A stretch of 64,000 nt of DNA from Carcharhinus longimanus (Eukaryota). The notes beneath the pieces were generated by a model. It ran no database searches, was not told the DNA's origin, and saw nothing but the letters and a program-made list of their open reading frames with translations. A program made the translations under genes and the position numbers. The stretch covers positions 100,004,222 to 100,068,221 of the forward strand of contig JASCQW010000001.1 of the NCBI GenBank assembly GCA_030264375.1, read 5' to 3'. Positions 11,731-25,541 of this stretch are shown here, in pieces; the first letter of the stretch is position 1, and every line of letters begins with the position of its first letter.

Positions 11731-14115
11731 ATAAGCAACATACTGTTGGAATGACTAATGAAAATCACTAAAGACCAATAAGAGTTAACACCAATGGAAG
11801 GAGATTGTCAGCAAGTTACTGTTTGGCTGAGGACTAGTCTAAAATTTGTCCTCTTTTCACGTTACACCTGAATCTGTACTGCTACATCTCAATAACGGAC
11901 TGTCCTTGCAACAGCTAACGCTGGTTTACGTTTTATATCATCAATCTAGTCCTAGCTGTATGAAGCAATAAAAGTAAATAATTTGTGAGCTTGTGTAATC
12001 AATTTAGAAAAATGCACTGTCCATTAAAGCAGTGAAGCACATGTAATTGTGCCTTATTAGGTGGAACTGACCACCCCATGACCCTAAGTGCACGAAGCAA
12101 CTGAGTACATCAATCAGTTTGATACTGCACTGTATCTCAGGAAACTCATAGTGACTTACATATTTAAATCATGGAGCATTATGATTTATGTATATAATTG
12201 TCATTTGAAACAAGGGTAGATAAGAGATAAGGGGACAGAAACATTATCATTGGTAATCTTGGCATGCAGTGACTGGAATGGTTGCTTGTCATGGGAGCTA
12301 CGTGTGATTGTTTTTTTAACTTAAGAAACTCATTAGTCCAAATAAAGCAAAATACGAGCTGTACTATCCCTATTTACGTCCATGTATTTATTCTTGTTTT
12401 CAAAATAATTCAAAGTTGTTATACACGTTTTACATGAGCTCAATTTGCACTCTCGAGCAAATTCATGATGGCCTCTGCATCGTTTACCACACCACATCCC
12501 TTCCCCACCTCAACTGATCTCAGTTACGTTCCTGTGGAGAGGCACAGAAAGGGCCAGTGGTAGTCTTGGAAAGAAAATTGAAAATGAGGTGAAGGATCAA
12601 CATAGCACGAATGCCATGTACCTGACCGCGGAGCTGGCAGTTGTCAGATAGCAGGAATTCGATACTCTGAGAGAAAATGTGCATAGCTGGGGCAGGGGCA
12701 ACAAGGTAAATTTTAAAAAAGAAAACCTGAACCTCCCAAAACCTCAACATTATCAGAAAATAAGCATTTCACATCGTGGACCGATTATTCTTTTTTTACT
12801 CCTGTCCTAAAGTGTCCTGATTTGGCGTGTGTCAGATTAACTTCTTCCTTTTCCTTTTAGTCTTTTTTTAGCTAGTCTCCTAGTGTTACTAAATAGTGGC
12901 AGGCTGTTTATGAGGTATTAGTTGCTGCCAGACCCAGATGCAAACATCCTAGTTTCTTCATATTTTTAAAATTAGGAATTACCCTTTCCTGTCATATTGA
13001 TTTCACATAAGATTGTGTAACCTGGAAAGTAAATGCTGCAACCAGTGACATTTTGATGCAAAGAAACCCATGGGAGATGTCCCCTGATCTTAGAGAAATG
13101 TAGAGAACGAAATTGTATCCTAATGTCAGTAGATTGATTTTCAGTTGTATTTCCGAAGAATCAATGTTTGCGAATGAAGTGAAACGTTTACAAGTGCTGC
13201 CTTCAAACCGGACTTGTCATGTATTTGGAAAGTGTATTTATGATCATCTGCATCACAGTGCAATGTATCACAGAGCTGAACAAGTCTACCTTTAAGGGTA
13301 AATTGTGAGACGTGAGGTTTCTTTCCGCACATGTGGATTTGAGAATTGAGCATGTCTGATTCATGATTTTCCACATGTACAAATTCAGCCGCAAGAAAAG
13401 TAAATGCCTGTTACTTTTGTCTCTGTCCTGCACGGTGTTCAGGAATCAGGCTCAGGCTGAAAGTAAGTAATTGTCTAGCTGAAGTCTACTCCACCTAACT
13501 GTAACCAAAATGATAATGCTGGAGGTTTGGAAGTGCTTTTCCTCTTATTATTAATTCTTTTCCAATTTCCTTAACATGGCAATCTATTCTTGATTGATTA
13601 TTGCAGCAATACCTTTCTAGTGATACCAAATAAAAGAACGTATTCCCTTTAACTATTGGTTGTAAATATATCTGCAAAGGGAACATGAGGTTTGTAACTG
13701 CTAACAACCCATTTTCTACCCTCATCAGAGGTGATTTCCCTCATCAAAGCATTTCATTAGCACAAGTGTCCCAGTGTTCCTGTGACATTAACATTGGTGG
13801 GAAGGGAGGAGGGGTGGGCAGAGGAGTGTGGGCAGGGGGACGTGGTTTTGTGTGTGTGTGTGTGACCCATGAGACCCAATCTGCACCTTCAGTGAAATGA
13901 ACACGCATTTCAGGAGGACCACAGGATGCAGGTGGGAGCTCCCATTCAAAGCAGATGGGAATATCATTATAATGTATAAATGAATATTGTTTTGAGGTAC
14001 TTGCACCTTTTTCTGGTTTTTCCAAAGTTTCCAAGACAGATAATGACTGAGTATCCATGTTGTTGCATAGTGAATACTGTAGGTAAATGAATTTAAGAAA
14101 TTGCAGAGCAATGTT

Positions 14116-14330
14116 TTATGTATGTTGGGGGTTTGGGGGGCAGGCTGCTCCTTTAACAGTATAGGCCAGGTCCTGGACTATCAGCTTGGCCTAGTATGGG
14201 CAGTCTTAGACCTGACTGAATGAGTGCCCACCTTCAAAATCAGCTCCCAGTATTGAAGTATTCAAGCCTACCTTGAGATTCTTCATGTCCCTTAGTTCAT
14301 AGTGGTATACATAATAACTGGTGACAAGGC
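14116..14330 (+). mobile_element. Possible LTR remnant followed by a PBS-like TGGTGACAAG
   Basis: Similar to 3941-4145. The element end is followed by ACTGGTGACAAGG, resembling a Gypsy primer-binding site. Confidence 0.35.
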
Positions 14331-14419
14331 ACCTGGTTCACTCTCCTTAATTTGTCTTTGCAGCTTTCTGCATGGTTCATGCCTTCTGAAGAGTCTATAT
14401 CGTTGTATTTATTTATTTT

Positions 14420-14520
14420 CAAAAGGCAACTCACCACCACCTTCTCGAGGGCTGTGAGAGATGAGCAACAAATGCTGGCCTTTCCCAGCAACACCCCACA
14501 AAAGAATAAAAGAAATTCCA
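14420..14520 (+). mobile_element. 3' tail of the SINE/LINE family ending in GGGATGGGCAATAAATGCTGGCC (also about 19040-19120)
   Basis: CTCACCACCACCTTCTCGAGGGC...GAGATGAGCAACAAATGCTGGCCTTTCCCAGC matches the tail at 36800-36870. Confidence 0.7.
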
Positions 14521-15284
14521 CAGCATCATTACATCCACCAATGTGAGGTCATGGAAGGCACTTTAGGGATGGCACGTGGATGGCAGTGTCCAGCAGTTGC
14601 TCTGTACCCGCACACCCACGTCTATTCGAGCATGTTTGCTAATACTGATTGTATTAAGGCCAAGCTGGTAGCTATACTGGATGATCTTTGAGATGCACTT
14701 TAATCAGAGTAGCTCATGCCTTATGTGACACTATATATCATGCCAAGGTTATCAGCTAGCAAAGCATGATTGATTGCACCCACTGACATGCCACAAACAA
14801 TATTTATAGGCACTGTTATGCCCACCTAGAGATTGCTGTATCACCCATGTTTTAATTCTGTACTTTAACCTGGCAAACTCTTCTCACTATTGCCTAAGGA
14901 ATAATTTGCTCCTGGACATCATGTTCTTATGTTACCTTTGTTGCTTTAAGAGGGGAACTGATGTGTGAAATTAGGAGACTTACTTTGCCCACATTTGTCC
15001 TTTCACTGTATTGCTCAGATTTTGCAACAGAATTACCAAAAATAGGATAAAGAATTAAAGATGGCTGAGAACTAAATCAGCATAGAAATCAAAGCTATAC
15101 TTTCTGATGCACTGATAGTCTGACATACAAATAATTATTACATGATGGAAAATTGGGAGATTCCACAATGGATTTCTGAACCTTTCTGCCAATTTTGTTG
15201 CACCAAAGAGTAGTAAGAGGAATTTTTTCCCAAAAATGAGCTGATTTTAATTGCCTCCACCTGGAGTAAAAGAACAAAGAAAAT

Positions 15285-15603
15285 TACAGAACAGAAACAG
15301 GCCTTTCGGCCCTCAGAGCCTGCACTGACCACGCTACTCAACTTAACTAAAAACCCCTACATTTCCGGGGATCATATCTTTGCCATACTATTCATATATT
15401 TGTCCAGAACTGCTTAAAACCAACTATTGTATCTGCTTCCACTACCTCCCCTGACAACAAGCTCCAGGCACCACCACACTCTGTGTAAAAAAAAAAAAAT
15501 CTGCCTCATACATCTCCTTTAAACCTTGCCCCTTGTATATTGAACTTATGCCTCCTAGTAAGTAATTTTTTCCAGCCTGGGAAAAAGCTTCTGACTATCC
15601 ACT
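15285..15603 (-). mobile_element. CR1/HER1-like LINE 3' end, ending at a gap
   Basis: Tail ACAGGCCTTTCGGCCC; minus-strand peptide TRRHKFNIQGARFKGDV. Confidence 0.85.
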
Positions 15604-15719
15604 NNNNNNNNNNNNNNNNNNNNNNNNNNNNNNNNNNNNNNNNNNNNNNNNNNNNNNNNNNNNNNNNNNNNNNNNNNNNNNNNNNNNNNNNNNNNNNNNN
15701 NNNCTGTCTGGAGACAATA

Positions 15720-16010
15720 CACATCTCTTTAACCTATGCTTAATGCTATCTCCATTCACATTGTTTGCACCTTTAAGACTGAATAGCAGATTAGCTGTAA
15801 AGAGTCACATTCTAATCAGTATTCTATAAATTGTGTGTGCCTTTATATGCCCTGTTTCTGATCAGAACTCTCCACTCACCTGACGAAGGAACAGCGTTCC
15901 AAAAGCTTGTGGCGTTTACTATCCAATAAACCTGTTGGACTTTAACCTGGCGTAGTGAGACTTCTTGCTGTGTTTACCCCAGTACAACGCTGGCATTTCC
16001 ACATCATGAC
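15720..16010 (+). mobile_element. Penelope-like element terminal repeat with a decayed hammerhead motif
   Basis: ACTCACCTGACGAAGGAACAGCGTTCCAAAAGCTTGTG followed by AATAAACCTGTTGGACTTTAACCTGG. Homologous to 45191-45315. Confidence 0.75.
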
Positions 16011-16689
16011 CTTCCCTGTAGCCAGTGAGGATACAAGATTTCTCCCAAGGCCCCAGCAATTTCCTCCCCAATGTAAATGGGGCAGTTATTGGCCCACAGT
16101 GTATGTTTAGTCACTCACTGCCCACTTATATTGGTGTGCCAGCCACTGCCATCTTGGAAAGGGTCCTGAAAGGGATGGCTGCGTTCCTGTCTGCTTCAGG
16201 CGAAAGGCCTCATTGTATGCAAACTGGGACCCTGTGACTTAGAAAGGACCCTGATTATAATTTTGAGGTACAAATAGGCAAAGTGAACATGGCATACATT
16301 CTATCCATTTGTAGGAGCATTGAGCAATCCAATCAGCCACCCTTGGAGATCACCAGAGGCTACTCAAAATCAGGCTACAGCAATGTTTAAACTTGTGCTT
16401 TTGTAAAACCAGGATGGCCCTGTAAAAATACTCCAGTGCTACTGACCTTTTCTGGGATCACCTCTCCACCTGTACTTGCCTCCAATTATTGGCCAGCTCC
16501 ACACAGTAATAGGCTAACATTCCACGCTGTTCAACAGAGAATTAACTTGGAGCACCGGTTTGATTTGCACAGCTTGTTGGCTGCACACAATGAGACTCAA
16601 GCTTCAACATGGTTCAGATCACTGCTGTTACAACAAGTGGTCAATGGGTATATTCTACACACCCAAGATTAAAACAGGCCAAGGTTCAA

Positions 16690-16912
16690 TTCATTAGAAG
16701 ATTTTGGTGCAAGTAGGCTTACATTAACGCTGCAATGAACTCACTGTGAAAATCCCCTAGTCACCACACGCTGGTGCTTGTTTGGGTATATGGACGGAGA
16801 ATTTAGGCGGCCAATGCACCTAACCAGCACATCTTTCTGACTGTGGGAGGAAACTGGAGCATCCAGGGAAAACCCATGCAGATACGGGGAGAACATGCAG
16901 ATTCTGCACTGA
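16690..16912 (-). mobile_element. HE1-like SINE, tail B, 5'-truncated
   Basis: Aligns with 313-540 and with the reverse complement of 27990-28223. Confidence 0.85.
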
Positions 16913-17903
16913 CACATCTGCCAGTTAAGTAGCTGTACTAACAATCGTGCTCAAATCTCCAGGACAAATAAACTGATAGGAAAAATAAGCACAAATGCAA
17001 TTGAAGTACCTAGATTGCTGATCTAAAGAAACTGCAGCTGTCCCTCTGAGACTCACAGATATTTATGTATGATGTTTAGAATATCTTCTGCTTCAATGAT
17101 GTTGGTTGACATGTTTCTTCTTTTGCGATAGCAACTTCCCTTGAGAGACTGAGACTGAATGGAAGTTGCTGATCAATGCTACTCTTGGGACAAAGCTGTC
17201 AGCACAGCAGAATATTTGGCAGTGCTAATAATGTGATACTAGATCACTATGGCAAATCCATACGTTTAACAGAAAGCAATATTTTGCTCCCATAATCATA
17301 AGAATGAACAGATTTAATTACATTTTGCAAAGAATTATCTCATGATAAATAAATCAAGCATGAGACTACAAGCTCTCCTTCAAATTTCCTTCAATCTATA
17401 TGTCATTTAAGGTAATTAGATCCCCACAATGGTGTGGATGGAGCCTGATATATGAATGAGTTATGTGTGGTTCAAATATCTCATATAACCCAAAATGTTT
17501 TGACTTGGAATTGTGCCTTCAAGATACCTTCTGTTTCAATGATTTAGGTGTATGGTAAAGCCTTAATGATAGGGCAGAATTATCTAAATGACCAGTAGAA
17601 TCCCCTCAACAAAAACCTCCGACAAATAATCAGACTGGGTAATGTGCTGTTTTATTGATGTATTTTGATGATTGCTCATGCTGAATGTCTTACCTCCATT
17701 TGCAATGATAACAATAGCTGCACTTTAAATGCTATTCATCACGTAAAAAGCCATACAATTGCAAGCTTTGCTATCCTGGCATACAACAGCTTTGACGACA
17801 GCTTCACGGGCTTTCCTGAAGAATCCACTGGATAATTCAGTTTCTACCAGATTCATAGATGTAGCCAACAAGATTGTGTGATTTAACACTGTTTTAAAGT
17901 TGC

Positions 17904-18025
17904 AGGATGGAATTTTCCCATCCCACCCGTCACGGGAATCGTAGTGGGTGGTGGCGGATCACACAAAGGTCCGTTAACCTTGGGCAGGATTTTCCGGGAC
18001 GAGTGTGGCAGGAAAATCCTGCCCC
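17904..18025. mobile_element. Short MITE-like element with GG..GAATTTTCC / GGAAAATCC..CC termini (relatives at 27715-27855, 31771-31932, 44780-44970, 46340-46520, 57270-57450)
   Basis: Starts GGATGGAATTTTCCCATCCCACC and ends GGAAAATCCTGCCCC. 31771 starts GGGAGGAATTTTCCCATCCCGCC and ends GGAAGATCTCACCC. Confidence 0.6.
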
Positions 18026-20299
18026 TTGTGAATATTTCAACTTTCATGTGTCCTTTTGAAAAAATTCTCGTGATGCATACATGGCAAATTCACAAATGTA
18101 TTTCCAAACCTTTTGATAACTTTCCAGGTTGAATATCCCTTACATTTTGCAATATCTTCTGAATATTCTTGGGAGTTAACATGCCATAGTAGTATATACA
18201 ATGATATAGAGTTCATCATCTGACCTACTACATGTATATTATAAAGCTATATATTTATATATATAGTATTGTGGAATTTACACATTTGCCACATTACATG
18301 ACTCCTCTGCACAATGTATTCTGCCCATACTCTCTCAAATCTCACACACACTGTGTTATAGCACCCATGTTGCTATTTTATAATACTTAGAAATCCTAAA
18401 TATTGCTACACCAAATAGCCCATAGTTTAATATTTATATCCACTGTATTATAACATAGCTAGCACTCACATATAATGTTTATATAAATGCTGTGCTGTAC
18501 CACAGATACTCCATATTATTACACTTACATGTACATCTTAGTAATGTACAATGTTGTGCACTCATCTAAGCATTAAACCACTCACTTAGTTATAGTAAAT
18601 GTCTGACTTAGTTCTCCAGACTGCCTAATATTCTAATAATCTGAGTATTCACAGTTTAATGGTATAAATAGACCAAAACGTGAACAAAGGAGCGAAGGAG
18701 AAGGGGAAAGGTCAGAAGTTGGAGTGACCTGCTGCTGTCGCTTCAGCATGGTCATGTAACTGAAATCTGAATGCTCACAATGAAGTCCCTATTCAGATCC
18801 TAACGTGCCTTTCCTGCCAGTCCTGACTCAATTTCAAAAACTGCAAAGAGCCTTGAGGGAAACACATGTATGCAGTTGACCTAATGGCTCTCTTCAAGAG
18901 ATAGACGCTACCTTTGTGGTTAAACTGCATGAGAATGTGACTTTATCATTCCCATTGGGAGTATAGCCAGACATTATCTGTTAAATCGACCTGCATCCTT
19001 CATCCGTATCCCTGCCATGGTAAAGCACTATTTTGGCCTACCACTACGTTCCCTAGACTGACTAGGGAGGGACAATAAATTTTGGCCCTGCCAGTGATTT
19101 CCACATCCCAAGAAATAATTACTTGCAACTGTAATGCCTCAGAGGTGTGGGGCATCGGTTTATACCCTTGGATCTTTACAAACTGAGTTCCCAATCATAC
19201 GCGCTTTACTGTGGAGGAACACTGAGAGGGGGCCAGATATTTCCTCACAGAGCAAGAAAGTCAGAGAGAAACTTGGCTCCTATACTTTTAATGGCTGTTT
19301 GCATAGCCTGTATAGAGATGAAGACTTGGGTGGGATCACTTGCTCTCTCTTGTTTAGTGCATGGTTCAGAAAAGATTTTGTGGAGAAAGTAAAGATCAAC
19401 AGTTAAGAAGAGGGAGTGTTCTCTCCCTGCAGTACATATGCCTTTTAAAAAAAAAGCATAGTGTATGCAAAGAATTTAAAATTTCATTTTTGAAAACACT
19501 CCCAAGTGCAGCACGTTGGAGAAAATGATGCAAGATACGATGAGCAACCTATTGCTTCCATTCATTTCAACCATTCCTTTCTTCCTTTTTTTTGAAGTTC
19601 TGTCTCTGATCTACAATTAGGTTTTAAATTGATTTGTTTAAAAAAGAGCCCACAGGACTTTTTCTCAGCTGAAGTTACAGTGCTGACACCATTACCATTG
19701 CCTACTTATTGGAACAGTGTAAACTGTTGTTTTTCTCCCTTATTTGAGTTGTTTCAGCCTTCGGACACAGAAGGTATTCTTTTCCTTCAAAGCGGTAAGG
19801 TTAAAGGCTGAAGTCTTGCTTGAGGACTCTTTCAACACCAACTATTTCCCAGCTTTATGCAGACACAAATGTCAGCACTGAGTTTGTATGCACCAGACCT
19901 CCACACATCCTTGTCCTTTGTAAACTGATATGCGCACATTTATTTTCCCGTAAAATGTGAGGAAAGATGGAAGCATAATTTAGAGAAAGAAAAACAGGTA
20001 ACAAGTTTCCGAGTGTTGAATATATAATTTCTTTGAGTAAGGAAAAGGAATTTCTGTCCTTGAAACCTTGCACCGGACAAAGTTACACTTGTTAGTGAAA
20101 AATGACCAATTAAACATGTTTGACTGAGATTTAAATAACGATGCTCCATTAAGCTTGCCCTTTCTTCTGACTTAATTATTATCCTTGTGGGAGCTGCTGC
20201 AAAGGCTTCTTTCAGCAGTTAAACAATTGGGTTCATCCAAATGACCTGCATCACTTTCATCATTACTCTTCCCATAAGTGTAGTGCTTCTATTACTAAA

Positions 20300-20660
20300 C
20301 CAATAATTCAGAGATCTGGACTAATAATCCAGAGAACCCGAGTCCAAATTCCCCCGTGGCAGTTTCAGAAATTTGAATTCATGTTTAAAAGATTGGAAAT
20401 CTAATAAAAAGCTAGTGTCATTGTTGTAAACCCCTCCAACTCGCTTATTAATATATTTAGCCAAAATGGCCTATTTGTACTGACATAGTTGGCTCTCAAC
20501 TACCCTCAGAAGTGGCCAAGCAAACCATCCCACAGTATCAGACCACTACAAAAGAACAACTTTACCACCCGGATTGCAGTGGATCAAGAAGAAACCTCCA
20601 CTACCAAATTCAAAGGGCAACTAAGCTCCTTTTGCTAGCAAGGATCCCATCCAAGGCAAA
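20300..20660 (+). mobile_element. Old tRNA-derived SINE, same family as 36598-36870
   Basis: CTGGACTAATAATCCAGAG...CAAATTCCCCCGTGGCAG head, GAATTTGAATTCA-like segment, TTGGCTCTCAACTACCCTC core and AAGGGCAACTA tail. Confidence 0.65.
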
Positions 20661-21742
20661 TTTAAAAGGAGAGCCACAGCCTATCTATCATCTCAATTTT
20701 AACTGTCTCTGTATGTGTGAGACAGCTAAATTAGTAAATGAAAATGTATGTGGACAGTTAACTGGCCATTCAGTACAAACCTGAGTTTTTCAATTTGTAC
20801 TTCAGAACAAGTTTTTTTTGGCAGGTAACTGATTATACCAGTCCAAACAAGTTTTGGCTAAAGCTGCATTCTCCATGTTTAATGTCATTGCCAAGAAATT
20901 TCTTCCCAGCGATATTAAATGCAGAGAAAAAGCGCAGATTATGGTGATCGATTGTATCTCCCAGGCCTGTCTGTCTAACCCAAGCCCCTAGTTGTTCCAG
21001 AATCAAACTACAGATCTAGGATTACAGGCTAGATCCCAAAATTTAAAGTTCTGCATGGCTAGAGAGGAAAAGATTTCAAATGTACCTGATATTCTTCAAA
21101 GAAATATCCAGAGATGTGAAAAATAATCACCATGCCTCTGAGCTATAAATACATTAAGGAAATGTGGTTGTATTGAGATCACAGCTATACTTCATCTCAT
21201 CAGGATGTGAGCCCTGACTGGATATCAGAGGCGTCAGTAGAAATGGGGCCTCCAAAACTGAAACAAATTTGGAAACAAAACCATTTACATTCCACTGTTG
21301 ATGTGAAATGTGTCCTGAATCATTTGCTGGTCAGTTACACCAGGTCATATCATAATAAATCTAGCTGCAGAACATAGGAGCGAGAATATGCCATTCAGGC
21401 CTTCAGGCCTGCTGTGCTATTCAGCTCGATCATGGCTGATCGTCTATCACAATGAACTGCGTCCTGCACTATTTCAAGAGGTGAAAGTAAGCCAGTACAT
21501 TCTGGTACCATGTGCCGGTAAGAAAATGGCTCAGAAACTTTAACCTTTCATAAAATTCAGACAACACTGACCCAAATTAGACTGCAATATGAATGAATTG
21601 AGATTCTCACTGAAGGTCTACTGGGGTTTCTCTAATTCCTCAGGAAACCTTTCAGATTAACAGAAGTCCCAGTCAGTGTAGACTGCAGGAAATGGCAATT
21701 TCTGTTTGATTGTAACTGTTTGTACTGAAATTTCCCTAAACT

Positions 21743-22080
21743 AAGATGGCGCCAGACCAAGGTGACTTCTTGCACACTGTGCCAGCATACCTTCTAATTC
21801 TATCTTTTATTCTTGTTCCATGCTTTTAAAACTTTATTCCAACTCTTTTAAACTCTCTAACAATACTTTAATGCAATCTCTGCCTGCTGTCATCAGACTA
21901 TTGAATGGACCTACCTCACATTAAGCTGACTTTTCTCTACACCCTGACTATGACTGTAACACTACATTCTTCACTCTGTCCTTTCCTTCCCTTCTCTATG
22001 TACAGTATGTTTTGTCTGTATAGCGTGCAAGAAACAATACTTTTCACTGTATACTAATGTGACAATAAGTCAAGTCAAAG
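21743..22080 (+). mobile_element. Internally deleted LINE-derived element, possibly Rex1/Babar-like
   Basis: 5' AAGATGGCGCC and 3' tail GCGTGCAAGAAACAATACTTTTCACTGTATACTAATGTGACAATAAGTCAAGTCAA with a short tandem terminus. Family call is from recall. Confidence 0.5.
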
Positions 22081-22659
22081 AATTGTATTAAATTGTAAAT
22101 CAATGAATTTATAGCAACAAAACCCAGGAATGGGACCCTCTTATTTATGCAGACATATTGCCAGTAAATCATTCATAACAAACCTCTGCCAGTTTAGATT
22201 AATCAGCATTGTAACAGGTTTGCAAATTGGCAACGCAACAATTGAGAGTAAAGTTATAGCAAAGTTTTGTGACCTACCTGACTGGCAGGTTCGCTGAGAT
22301 CCTGAACACTTCTTTCCAGAAACTGCTGTTAATTGTTTTTGTATAACCATGTTATAGATTAGCTGCTCACACAAATCTTCCAGCAAGAAAGGGTTTAATC
22401 TATGCTTCCACATTTTTCCTCTCCTACTCAGCACTGAGTACCTTGCTGAGGTACAATTGCATAACAAATTAACACCCCAGTTCAACCAGCAGGTAAAGGA
22501 AATTTTTTAATGAACATTTTTATATTGACATTGAATTAATGCAGTGATGTCAATGTGATTATATATCAGGTGCGCTACTTCTTGGTGATGTGCTAATAGG
22601 TGGGAAACAGGATTGCAATGCAACCGTACCGGGAGGAAATTTCACTTACTTTCGCCCTT

Positions 22660-22935
22660 GACTATCCCCATATCCCTTGATGCCTTTGGCATGTAGGAAA
22701 CTTTCAGTCTCTGGCCTGAACCTATTCACTGAGGTTCAGACCAGAGCCTGAATCCACAGCCCCCTAGGGCAAAAAATTTCAAAGATTCTTCTGAATGAAA
22801 AAGTTCCTTCACATCTCATTCCTAAATGGCTTGCCCCTCATTTTGAGACTGTATCCTTGGTGTTGGACACCCCAGCCAGGGGAAACATCCTTTCTGCATC
22901 TACCATGTCTAGCCCTTTAAGAAATTTGTAAGTTT
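22660..22935 (-). mobile_element. CR1 LINE fragment
   Basis: CCCCAGCCAGGGGAAACATCCTTTCTGCATCTACCATGTCTAGCCC is similar to 8540-8600. Confidence 0.75.
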
Positions 22936-22997
22936 CAGTGCATGTTATAGAAATACTCAGCAGATCAGGCGGCATTCATCGAGAGAGAAACTGAGTT

Positions 22998-23308
22998 CAT
23001 AGAAACCCTATAGTGCAGAAGGAGGCCATTCGGCCCTTCAAGTCTGCACCAACAACAATCCCATCCAGGCCCTAACCTCGCTTAGTTACACTGCTAATCC
23101 CTCTAACCTATCACGTCCCGGGACACTAAGGGTTAATTTAGCATGTCCAATCAACCTAACCCGCACATCTTTGGACTGTGGGAGGAAACCCACGCAGACA
23201 CAGGAGAATGTGCAAATTCCACACAGACATTGACCCAAGTCGGAAATCAAACTCAGGCCCCTGGAGCTGTGAGGCAACAGTGTTAACCACTGTGCCACTA
23301 TGCCACCC
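22998..23308 (-). mobile_element. HE1-like SINE, tail A, near full length
   Basis: Head GGGTGGCATAGTGGCACAGTGGTTAACACTGTTGCCTCACAG; tail GGCCGAATGGCCTCCTTCTGCACTATAGGGTTTCTATG. Confidence 0.9.
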
Positions 23309-25469
23309 AGTTAATGTTAAATTCACTGTTAAACCCAGTGGTGGGAGAATGTTAAATCCAGCCCAGTTAATGACTGGACTTAACATTCCCCCACCAGTGG
23401 GTTTGAAAGCAGAGGGCATGGTAAATCTATCAGGCCCACTACCCAGCCACTCAGCCCTGCCCCACCTCAATTATACCAGCCACATGGTTGGTGTCCAATA
23501 GCCTGCCCACGAGTGGGCCAATTGAGGCCCTTAAGTGGGCAACTGATGATGCTTAAGAGCCTTGACACTCCACCATTGGCATTTAACCAACAGTTGCTTG
23601 AAGTATATTGCATTTATCAATTGCTATTGCATTTCACAGTTTGAAAAGGCTTTGACCTACATCGTAATCCAAATGATTATTGTTAACACTAAGTAACTTG
23701 GATACAAATGTTACAATATTTCGTTTTCTCCAGTCAGAGAATAGCATACAATGAGCAGTATAACTCAAGTCTAAGTCACATATCATTCTTAGGAGAGACT
23801 AGAACCTAGCACATGCAATATGACAACACAATTAGCACTGAGAGTTAATGAATTCTCTCATTAAGTCTGTTTCATCAATGTGGCTCAATTGACACAGTAA
23901 GAAAAATCAAGAATTTTCCAACCCTGTTGCTGTTTCTACTTCTGATGCCAATCCAGGGGGTCTGTCAGAGAATTCCTTTAGTCAGAGTGTTTATTGGTCT
24001 GGGAACAATTGATCCACTCCTCAGTCCCCAGGGTTTGGTTTTCAGCCACTTGAAACATCATTCATTTTCCAAGGAAAGAATATTTGATTGCATTAAGTTG
24101 GTAAATAGAATGTAATGGCACACCACCATTTTTGCTTTTCTCTTCTTTGCATTGTTAACATTTTGTTAAGGGGCCTTGTAAAGAATCCAAAATAATTTAC
24201 AACAATGCGAAATGTACCCAGCACTCGTTTTCCAACGATTTCGATGTGATTGCACTGAAGCTTATTGTTGAATGGCTGCATTTTCCATTGAAGCATTAGA
24301 AAATAATAACCCCCCTCTTGAATAGTTCTCTGGTTCATGTATTTTTTAAAAATAACAATCTATTGAAACAACATTAGCTTCGAAATGGCAGCCCGCACTA
24401 TTTAAAATGGTCTTCAAAATCACATTCCAGGATTCTGGAAAAGTTGCCCCAACAATTCCTTTAATGATTGTACCATATATTATTCAGATTGTTCAGAATT
24501 TAATGGATATTACAATTATTGACCAACTGGTAGGTTTTTTTGTTAACATTAACAAGTACTTGGGCTTACATTTCCTCGCTCATATATTCTGGTAGATTAG
24601 TCTACACAGGTTGCATTGAATAAATGTATGTTTTTATAGCATATACAACAAATGATTAATGTGCATGTCAGATACTTGCAAGAAAGACTGACATCAAGTG
24701 CATCGAGCCTATTACTTAAGGTGAAATGTGAAGTAAGGTTAATCACAGAAAGAAATACGTCTCAAGTGAAAGGAAACTGATTTGAAATAGGCTAATATTT
24801 CTCAAAGGAATAGTTAATTGGTTTATGCTAATGAGGATTGAAAATATTTACCTGCAGATGACAACAAACTGAGCAACTATGTTTAAATTGGAAAATGAAA
24901 CAATCAAGACAGTGGAATTAGTAAATGTGTGATATAGCTGCTTTGAGTCAATTTCAGTAATTGAAAACCATTTTATTCAGAGTTTGGACTAAACTCTTAA
25001 TGTGCTGAAACTACATTTCATCTGGACCATTCAAACTGCACCAGGTTACCACTTAAATACAGTAAGGGACTTTCCTAAATAAAATAAGACTAAATATTAT
25101 GTTCCATTATGCTGACCAATTGTGCTGGGTCATGGGAGATTTCACATTCATGATTAGTTGAATGAGTTTCAATGGAAATTTAAACCATAATTTCACTTCT
25201 GAAAAGTGGCGTGATTTCAAACACAGGTTGTGGCCAATTGCTGATTGGAGCTAAAGCAGTAAGTCTACCTCCTTATCTTTGCCCTTCTAGAACTTTGAGA
25301 CAATCCAAATCCATGATGTTTTCTTCATCAAAGGCGTGTAAAATGAACCAGGAGTCTTTTATAACATTGATCATACAAGTGCCGACAACCCTGAGCCAAG
25401 ATGTGAAGGATTTTCTCATCACAATTTCTCACAGGAAGACAAGAATGCATAGTCATTGCACAAACTTTA

Positions 25470-25541
25470 ACATAAGAACATAAGAAATAGGAGCAGGAGT
25501 AGGCCATCTGGCCCTTCGAGCCTGCCCCGCCATTCAATAAG
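25470..25541 (-). mobile_element. Young CR1 3' tail running into a gap (25542-26220)
   Basis: Essentially identical to 11440-11502. Confidence 0.9.

Noticed and set aside
14581-14602. TGGCAGTGTC, matching the first 10 nt of miR-34a
   Set aside because: The sequence diverges after 10 nt and there is no complementary star arm or hairpin.
23930-24600. Possible decayed DNA-transposase or other coding remnant
   Set aside because: Hand translation gave frequent stops and no convincing motif.
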